Assembly: GCA_002189035.1 (NCBI GenBank)
Contig: NEEC01000007.1
Location: 2,480,001 to 2,544,000, forward strand
Length of the DNA stretch: 64,000 nucleotides
From: Utricularia gibba
Lineage: Eukaryota; Plantae; Magnoliophyta
Reading direction: 5' to 3'
In this document: one piece after another, positions 54,701 to 64,000 of the stretch
Layout: each line of letters begins with the position of its first letter
How positions within the stretch are numbered: position 1 is the first letter of the stretch
The notes under the pieces: generated by a model
The model's input: the letters and a program-made list of their open reading frames with translations, nothing else
Databases searched by the model: none
Told to the model about the DNA's origin: nothing
Program-made: the position numbers and the translations under genes

Positions 54701-55963
54701 AAGTCCTAATGTTACACATGAAAGAAGTATTACCAATAACTCAAAATGCACATTGTTATTAACAACAATTATTTACTATTTGATCAATATACCTGCAGTA
54801 TGCACATGCCAAAAGTATTACCAAGGATACCCTCTGTTTTTTTGTATAAACAATGTGTAATCCTTGTCGTTTGCATGAAAAGAGAAAATTGATCAATTTT
54901 ATCAGGATCTAAGAGCCCCCTCTGTCCTAGCTTTTTTATCTGTTTGAGCCGCTTCTTGTTATGACTACACAGATGAGAAAGGGAGAGAGACAGAGACCGA
55001 GAGTGAAACATGGGGTACAGAATCATGACAGCATTAAAAGAAAAAAATTGCAAGAAAATGCCCATCGATGAGAATTAATACACTAGCAGATATAATATGG
55101 AGCAACATCACTAATTCATATAGTTTCACACTCAACCGTAGGATTTTAAAATTAACAAACTCCGTTGTGAAATTTCATTTGAATAAGATGACACAAATAT
55201 CATACATAAATGAAGGAGAATTAGATCACTGCATACAAGAAAATACATGCATCAGTTACACGTAGATGACGGTCAAACGTGAAAAAAATCCCTTTACTTA
55301 TTTGGAACGATTGAGGAATCTAGCTTCTCAACCACTGCGTCAGGATTAATTTGTGTGATATTAAGACGACAAAATAAATACCTGCTGAGCTCGAGTTTGT
55401 CCTTATAGCACCATAAAACACTCGGCCTCGACTTCTCCACCATATTACTCAACATTGTGTGCAAATTCACAATCTACAGCCAAATAAGAAATAGTTGTAT
55501 TCCCAGAAACAACAAATCATCACAATCATCAACAAACATGCATCCCATCAAAGCACCACAGAAGTAGAAAATATTGGAATTTTGAATATCATTTCAAAAC
55601 AATTTCGTGGATAGATAACTTCAAAACTAAAAACAGCATTATCCAACTTTGGCTGAATGCATGGTGGCAGATGATCGATCATGGCCTCACCCCCATACCA
55701 ACATCCACTTGAGTATTAATTCCATATTTCGAGTTGGATAGCTTCGTTTTCTCTCCGTTTAATGTAACCGGGGAACAAAAGACCCAATCCACAAACACAA
55801 AAGGCTGCTGCTTTCCTAAGATTTTAGACGCACCGACCAACTAGTCGAATTTAATTACCTGATCTCGGGATTTGTCTCCAACTATGACGAACATAGAGCG
55901 GTGACGAGCTTTGACTCCATTTTCAATAAGTGTTCTAATACGTTCGTCTACCTTCTTCCTCAT
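48763..55963 (-). CDS. NAT10: RNA cytidine acetyltransferase (NAT10/Kre33), 26 exons
   Basis: MRKKVDERIRTLIENGVK, QDFEALTPNLLARTIETVEGGG, Walker A AARGRGKSAALG, VIDEAAAIPLP, STVNGYEGTGRSLSLKL, SHYKNSPNDLQLMADAPAH, RIATHPSAMKLGYGS and a basic NLS tail. All junctions are GT-AG and in phase. Confidence 0.96.
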
Positions 55964-56176
55964 TATTAACGTCGGATATGAAATTTCAGAGCCTCCAAGA
56001 AGCAAACAAAAACGTGCGTCTTCAGTGGTAGCAGCGCCCCACCCTAAAACTGTGGAGAACTCCGGTGGAGCTCCGGTGAGAAGACAGGAGGAGCGTCAAG
56101 AGAATTCAAGTTTTGAGGGAGAGTATTTATACCCAGCGGGCTACCCTAAACAGTTGGGTCACCCGTCAACAATTAT

Positions 56177-56201
56177 TGGGCTTACGAAAGCAAGAGGCCC
56201 A
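56177..56201. promoter_or_regulatory. Site II pair upstream of NAT10
   Basis: TGGGCT 56177 and GGCCCA 56196, about 220 bp upstream of the ATG. Confidence 0.5.
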
Positions 56202-56866
56202 AACCTGTAAACAAAATAGTCAAAAACAGAGGCAAAATTGCCAACATTGTTTGGACAAACGGATGCTTATAAATTAATGTTTATACTTATTATTTAAAAA
56301 TCATGTATAATCGATTTTTACTATTTTAAAATCAAACAAAATTGACCCCCACTATTTTTCACTGTGATAAAATTGAACGTCATTATTAACACACAAGAAA
56401 ATCAAAGACATTACACGGGTGAGATGCCCTATTTAAAATGATGTGTGACTGCGCCAGTTTGAGGGTGTTCGTTGGACCAGTTAGATGGGGCGGGCTGGGG
56501 CTCGTGGATTTCATGGGCTGGGTCAGGTATAAGAATGGGCTGGGCCTACTGGACTACTTGACTGGGTCGTTAAAGGGTGTGGGATGGGCCATTTGGAGGG
56601 CGTGGGCTGGACCAATTCCTGAACTACTTGGGCTGAGTCATTTATAGCGTGTGGGCTGGGCCTCCTTGCTTGGGTTGGTCCGCATGTGCGTTCACGATGT
56701 GGGTTGTTGACAAGCTGCACTGGGGGACATGGACCACTGTGCCAGGCCACGTGAATGAAATAGAAATTATCTCCATATGAATTCTTTACAGGTAACAACA
56801 CCATAACAGCACGAGAGTAATTTTAGATAATGGTCAACACAAGTTATTCACTGAAAACGAATGAAT

Positions 56867-59057
56867 CTACGTGGAGAGACCTGCCGAGAAGGCGACTCCG
56901 GTGGACGGCAGCCACGATGATCCGTAAATAAACTGCGCGACGGTGAACTGGCTGGCCTCCGCCGACGAATTGATAGCATGATACCCCTTCCAATTGACGC
57001 GCTGGGAGGCGGCGCCGGCGGCACCCGCCCCGTAATTCATATACTCCCCGTAATACAACGTGTCCAACGCGAACGTGGAGTTCCACTCCAACCATCCCCG
57101 TGGGTGTATGTGATCTCCCAAGTAGGACATCATGTAAACCGTACGTGAGTAGAGCTTCCACGGGCGGCCGAGGTAAGTGGGGAAGGAGGCCTTGGCGGCC
57201 TCCAGGTCGGGCTGCGCCACGATTCGAGAGGCGTGGATTGAGATGCCGGTGTTTTGGTTGGGGTCCTTGCGGTTCTGTGCGGTCACCGTGTTTTTCTGCG
57301 AGGGGAGAGGCTTCCGGGCAACGATGGAGCAGTTTTGGAACACCACGGCGGCGTTGCCGAAGATGAAATCGACCGTGCCGTAGATGTCGCATTCGCGGTA
57401 GAACTGACGCTGCGAGTGGGCGTAGAGTGTGTCTTGGTACCCGATGATGTTGCATCGGTACACCACCGCATGGTCCGCCCCGATGCGGAGTGCTACGGCT
57501 TGGTGCCGCCCGGGACCCGCCCAATTCTCGAACGTCATGTCACGAGCCAAGAACCCATTCCCGGATGCAGCTGTAAAAACCAAAAAACATGGACTGAATC
57601 AGCTTTTGAAAATGGCATGGCACTGGATAAAGAAAGCGAAAGAGTAAGTCAAAAAAACATGACTTCCATCGTAAAGACCTTCACAGCTGTTCAGTAAAAT
57701 AATGAATTTCCGACCAACTCACGAAAGAAAACAATAACAGCAGAGTTAGCCGCTGCTGCGGTGACTCATCCCGGCGAGGTGGGGATGGGAGTCTCGTGAG
57801 TGTGCCTCAGGTGAAGTAAAAAAGAATATCTGTGACTCCATTCATTCCAAACCAGAAAAAGAAATATCTAGATCCATCAAAGATTCAAGAGGGAGAGTCG
57901 CCTGGCGCAAGGAGAGAGGGATTTACCGAAGGTGGCGGTACGGAATGTCGTTACGTTGTCCATGACGCTCTTACCGCCTGAAATGAACGTCTTTGTCTTC
58001 CCATCTCCTATCATCATGATATTCGTTTTCGCCCTCGAAATCTTCAAGGAGGCCTCTTCGTACCTGCCAATCACAGACCCAAACCTAGTACATAATTACA
58101 GCATTTTAAGTGGTTAAAAAAAAGTCAAGAATATCGTGCAGCTGTTTCCTTTTCATTTCTGTTTTCTTTAACCAAATGTAATAGTTTCTAGAGAACTGAC
58201 CTGCCGGCCTTAACGTAGATTATGAATCGGCGGTTACTGTAGGAGGGGGCCAATTTGATGGCCTCGGTGATGGTCTTGCACGTGCCGTTGCCATCTGGTG
58301 AGACGACGATGTCTGGGGAAATGGCGGTCGGTGGAATCTGAAGCAGGACTCTGTCCCTCCGAGAGAGCCAGTTGGGGAGAGCGAGGAGCCGTCTGCGGCG
58401 GCGGTGCTCTATTGGGATCCCGGAGAAGTAGTCCTTGCTGCTGCGGCCGGTCGACGTGGCCTTGTAGATGGCGAGGCAGTTGCTCACGAGCTCCGAGAGG
58501 TCCTGGAGACGGAGATACATTTGGCTCTTCACTTGGCCGTGCAAATCGGCGAACCCCTCGGTGCAGGTATCGTGGTTCGTCATGGCTGCGCTGAGCCACG
58601 TCAGCACATCGGAGGAGCCGGTGGCACCGACGCCTCGCGAGATGGCGGAGAGGGAGCGGGAGAGTAGTTCTACGGAGTGGTCGAGAAGCTCAAGGCAATC
58701 GTCGTAGGCTGCCCTGACGTGTTGATCCATTTCGAAGTTGTTGCTGATCTCCGATGCAGCGTACAGCGCCTGCCCGAATTTCTGCAGCGTGAAGTTAACG
58801 GAGACGTGGGCCAGATCCTTGCTGCCGGTGGAACTGGAATCTGAGAGAGAATCAAGACACAGTGCCGGGAAACGAGTGCGCCCACAAACTCCTCCAGCCC
58901 CGTGAAGAACCCCATCTCCTGCCGCGACGGAGAAGAGCGCCAATACAACGGTAACTGCAAAGAGCTCTGCAACACTCTCCGGCGAAACCTCCCCATGTCC
59001 CTTTGCCAACCTCCTCGTTAATCCCCTCTTCTTTTCCATGGAACCCCAGCCCCTCAT
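56867..59057 (-). CDS. PME: Type-I (pro-domain) pectin methylesterase/PMEI, PME34/PME61 clade, 3 exons
   Basis: Signal-anchor LFAVTVVLALFSVAAG; PMEI domain CGRTRFPALCLDSL, AYDDCLELL, TWLSAAMTNHDTC; RRLL processing site; catalytic QAVALRIGAD, GYQDTLY, GTVDFIFGNA, YLGRPWK. Exons 58201-59057, 57927-58063 and 56867-57570. Confidence 0.96.
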
Positions 59058-62000
59058 TCACAAATCACAATTTTTTCAACTCCACTTTCTCTTTTTCTTT
59101 TTCCCATAAGAATCCAAGGAGAGAAAAGCAAAATTCCCTGTGTAGCTTCTGAGTCAGTTCATAGCCATGGTCTGTATTTATATCGCCATAAATACTTTCT
59201 CCATTTCGAATACACAACATTACATTATAGATATTCCAGCTGAGAGCCCGCTTGTGGTGGAGCTTTTTCCAACTTTTGTCAAACTTCTCTTGGAAAAGAA
59301 CACCCAAAAGTTAGAAACACCAGCAGTGCGCGTCTGTGGTGCGAGTCTCTTTTGTGCGTTGGGCCACCAGCTCCAGCTGTCTCCGACTCGGAGCGATCCA
59401 ATCGGTGGGCTCATGGTCGCATAGTCGACGGCAGCTTCCGGTTGCTGTTTCCTTCTACTGCTCTACAGCCTCCTTCGAAATGTGGATAAAATATAGATAT
59501 TTTATATTAAACAAACATCAAATATCCAAAATGTCTTCCCTCTTCATGGAGCATACAACGAGATATTTTTTATTGCATTTAGTGAGGGCGACAAAGAAGA
59601 GGATGTATTACAAAAATAATCATCGTATGTAAAAAAGATAAACTTGATGATAATGAAGAAGGGAGAAGAGGAAGGACTGTACTAATATGTCATTTAATAA
59701 TAATTATTAGCATTATTATGGTTTTCAAAATAGTATTTATTTTACTTTTTTAAATAATATAAGCAATTCTCCTCTTGCGTAGCTAGAGGATGACAGCTAC
59801 CAACCCGCATCATGTGTCCAATTTCCATCTGTTTCTCCTGCTATCTAATGCACAGTTTCATTTTCACTATATTTAAAATATAATTTTCACGGAAATTAAG
59901 GTTGTTCTCGTGTATGAAAGGGGCTATTCATATAAAATTTTTTGATTCAAAAGATGTGTTCTACATAGTACGTGAAGAATATACAGTAAGTTTTTGAATT
60001 AAGATCTGGTATAAAGTGGTTGCATATCACTATAAACAACATAAATGATGTTGGACTCGGTGGTTGATCCTGGTTGGAATCAAACGCTCCTATTTGAAGA
60101 CAGTGAGCCCCTTATTGTGTACGCGTCTTCGAAGGACTTTTTTTTCAAAACAGAATATATTTCCAAATAACATTGATATTGCCAGCTATTGTCTTATGTT
60201 TCTTTTCTTTTCTTTTTTTTTGTATCTCGTTTGATGTCCAATATAAGGTGCTGGAAAAATTGCAACAGTCACATTCAACTAGTTCAATGTCAGGTCAATG
60301 TGCAAGAGAGTGGATGACAATCAATCCATGATGGAAAAACATGGCACCATTACCATCCATGATAAATTGTGTATTAAAATTAAGGATTTGATGGATTAAA
60401 TCAATACATATGAAAATTAAGTATATAATAAATGTAAATTATATTATAAAAAATTAAATATAATCAATTACTAATGATCTATTAATTTTTATATATTTAC
60501 AAGTATTATGATACTATGTTACAATTAAATATCTGATTTATCAAACGAGTATGTCTAAAACTCAAATATACAATAAATGTAATTCATATTAAAAAAAGTT
60601 TAGTTAAATTGATTATTAATAATTTATCATTTCTTATATATTTTATTCTTTTACTTTACAGGGGCTTCAAGTTTTTTTGCACTGAGTAAAGATTAAGGAA
60701 AATAGAAAATCACGTATATATGTAACAAAATGATAATACATAAGTTGATTGTTGTACATTACCATATAAAATTGTGAATCGGTCTAATGGTATTTTTTTG
60801 AGTCCGGATGTTTCTCTAATCGGGTCATTAGACGTCCGGTTATGAGAACTCATAGAAACATTGTGCATCATGGTTTGTTCCTATGATTGAGTTGGTGGGC
60901 ATGGGGGCTCATTTTCTTACACATTATACACCTTCAAATTCGGTCAGGTGGTGCACCACATCAAACTTCAATATTGGTGATTCTGCCCTACAAGATTTTA
61001 ATATTTACTAGCATATAAGCTTGAGGTCGAGATTGCTTTCGGTGCAGGTGACCAGAATGAATATTTGCGGGTGTAATTGTCTCCTTAATAATGATAATAC
61101 AAAAGTTGCGATTTGGGACATGACATGGCTTACCAAACACATGACACGCCACACCGGTTGGTGGCCACAATCATGCACGCATTACACTTGGCTCACAACC
61201 ATGGATGAAAAGTCTTGATAAGGTCCCACATAATGCCTTTCCCAAGGTTGCTAAAGTTATACTTTCTAAAAACATATTTTGAAATAATGATAATGTAAAA
61301 TAGAGTGACAATAGAAAATAAAATTAATTAATGTATTATAATTTCAATAGAGTGGAGTTCGTCTATGAAATTTTAAATTATAATCATTATAAATAGTTTA
61401 ATTTTCATGTTTTAAAATTGTGTTATATACTTATCAACTTGTTTATTTTGTAAATAGTTTGATCTTAAATTTATAAAATTACATATTTGATTTCTCATGT
61501 TACCAAAATTAATCGATTTTGACTATAATACTATTATAATGGTGCATCATACAAGATATAAACGCAAATGTAATATAATCATTGTCACTTTGAATCTTTC
61601 AAGACATAAACATGATATAACCCTAACACGGGTATTATTTGATTCTCTGAACTTCAAATGTAAATGTAAAAATCTCTTATATAAAATTTCGTTAAATTTA
61701 AAACTAAAGCTAATTTATGGCACCATAAATCGATTTATTTTTTAAAAAGTTAGAAAACTATTTAAGTATTCATTGCATGATTTTGATAACTTGAGTTTTT
61801 TTTTCAATTTTGAAATATGATAATTAAACTTTTTATATTAATTGAAATTTGAGATTATAATTTTCTTAATTTCAACAGTGGGTACAACAACGACACTTTT
61901 ATTAGCGGATGTTTAACCACGAAATTCTTTTCAATAAGGAATTATCTAAAATAGGAGAATCTAATGGCTCCATATGTGTGTTTTCATAGTAGCATAAATT

Positions 62001-64000
62001 GATACTTTTTTTAATTAATAAACATTATTAAAAATGATTTTTGAGAATAAAAATAAAGCATCAGAATCTGCACAATAGCTCACTTTTACATTCACAACTT
62101 ATTTTTTAAATCATAATTTTAAAGTTTCATTGTAAAATTAGAGAATATGCGTGTTTTATAAAATTATTAATTTTTTATTTAAGAATGTGTAAAATGAACA
62201 CCAATATTTGGTGGAAGCTTGCAAGTGCAATAACGCCAAAAAGTGTGGATCATGTTGCGCCACGTGGAAGGAATCGGAAACACCAGAATTAGTGGTAGGG
62301 TTTCCAACTCCTCCTCATCGACTCTCCTTGTAACTAGAATGTGTGGTCGTGTCGTGCTGTCAGTATATCCAAATCTAGAATCTGAATAAATTTATATTAA
62401 AATTTCACAATCAATTTTGAAGAACTAGATGATTATCTGTCACTCTAAAAATAGCAATGAGAGCTTATAATGATTCCAAAATATATCATATGATCCAAAT
62501 TAGAAATCCACCAAAAAATTGAACATTTTTTGAATCCATGCTATTAAAATAAGAGTGATTTTTTTTAATCCGTACTTTTCAAATATAATTAATTTTAAGA
62601 TTATGAAATTGTTTCATGATATAGAATGTAAAATTAAATTCTTTTAATTTAGAAAAATTAAATAAGAAACCACTTCAACAAATTCAAGTGACACAACAAG
62701 TCGTAACTAATTGAAATATGATTTTATAATTGCGTATTGGGGAGTCGGGTTCAGGGTAGATTTCTCACACAGTGAAATGACAGTGCCCACATTTCTAAAT
62801 TACCAAGATGCGGTGGGCATCATTGCAACGCAGTCAACTACGTGGACATGAAATTTGTCTTTAGTTTGGTGTCAGTTTGTTAGGATGGATGAGTAGGCCA
62901 CGGGTGGCTCCTGCGTCAGGGGGCGCCCATCCTGGTGGCTAAACGACCTCCTCCCTTGTCCATACCTATCTATGCCTGCCCACCGCCAACCACAAAACTA
63001 GGAACCCCGGGCCGGGGCATGCACCATTATTCTCCTTTATTCCCTTCTCCACTACTTCTGGAAAAATAATAAAATGGAGCATCCACATTAACATACTTTG
63101 GGGTGGAAGTTTGTGGGTTGAGTTCACACCGCAAATGAATTACATTACAAAAAATTTGACAAATTTTGTATTGAAATTAAAGATTCGATAGATTAAACAC
63201 AAAAAACATAAGTTACATTAATTTTAATTAATTATTAGTAATTTATAATCTATTATATACTTGATTATATCATTTTAATTTTTTGATATGGGATTGGTTT
63301 ACTCTAAAGCATCTGCAATTGATTAATTTAACAAGGCATACAGTTGAGAAATTTGTGCGTGCACTTTGTGAAGCACTTGCATGGGATGAATAGAGTAGAG
63401 GAGATGGATGTCTTCTTGACATGTAATCATGAAAACGAATCATATTTCATATCATTATGATTATAGAATGAATATATAATATGATATCAAGACGTGGATT
63501 CGAAATTGGGGCATAAACTTAATCTGGGCATCGATGTACCATTAGGTACTCGATAGAGACTACTCGCATGAGATGTTGCATTCACAGTAACAGATGCGGT
63601 TCAGCTGTGCTGATCATGCACTAAACCTCAAGATGTTGACATACCCCGATGTCAATTCTCTGAAACAAACACTCACACGAGATGATATGATGTAAAAACC
63701 CACGATCCGGGACTAGATAGATAATCTGCCGTCTGTTTCTTTTACACGAGAGGGTTGAATTTGACTATAGGGAGATCATTCATGGAAAGATACCGAGAAA
63801 TGGGTAATGGAGAAGGCCCACAATAATTCAGACCCACCTCACGTTCTCGCCATTAATGCATGGCTAACAGCTGAGTACGTGGGTCTCCATTATCATCCTC
63901 GATCCTGAGAGCTCATATCAGATCCGGCGTGCACGATCACAAGTGAGATGGCGAATGCAACCATCCTCAGGTTCACGCTTGCTTCTTTTTGGCCCTTTCA

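Noticed and set aside
57100-58707. Several long + strand ORFs over the PME gene
   Set aside because: Antisense shadows of GC-rich coding sequence; no recognisable domain.
61223-61233. GTCCCACATAA, similar to the snRNA upstream sequence element RTCCCACATCG
   Set aside because: Mismatched, and no snRNA-like sequence follows.
1-64000. CRISPR arrays, rRNA, tRNA, intact transposases or a biosynthetic gene cluster
   Set aside because: None seen. The genes are functionally unrelated housekeeping and developmental loci, as expected in plant euchromatin.

Overview
Gene-dense plant nuclear DNA. It is eudicot-like, with spliceosomal introns and very AT-rich intergenic DNA; the taxon cannot be fixed from sequence alone. 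I spliced 14 protein-coding genes by hand: TRAP-alpha/SSR1 (-), DUF639 (+), SAUR (+), At3g17950-like (-), hotdog-fold thioesterase (+), MATE DTX45-like (-), FBL10-like F-box/LRR (+), MCM10 (-), KIP1/NAB-domain (+), SHI/STY SRS (+), EHD1-like (+), WDR83/MORG1 (+), NAT10 (-, 26 exons) and a type-I pectin methylesterase (-). Other elements are a probable decayed PPR-like gene at 11.0-13.7 kb, Tourist-like MITEs, Site II/telo-box/G-box promoter clusters and three head-to-head gene pairs. The strongest oddity is that SRS, WDR83 and DTX45 have 5' coding ends broken by apparent single-base deletions in short homopolymers; in SRS and WDR83 the shifted frame stops exactly on an in-frame AUG (TGATG / ATGA). 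Assembly error is the most likely cause. Three GC-AG introns, a Gly->Asp change in a conserved EHD motif and a decayed FBL10 tail were also seen. I found no convincing new multi-gene system. Family assignments come from remembered Arabidopsis homologues, not database searches.
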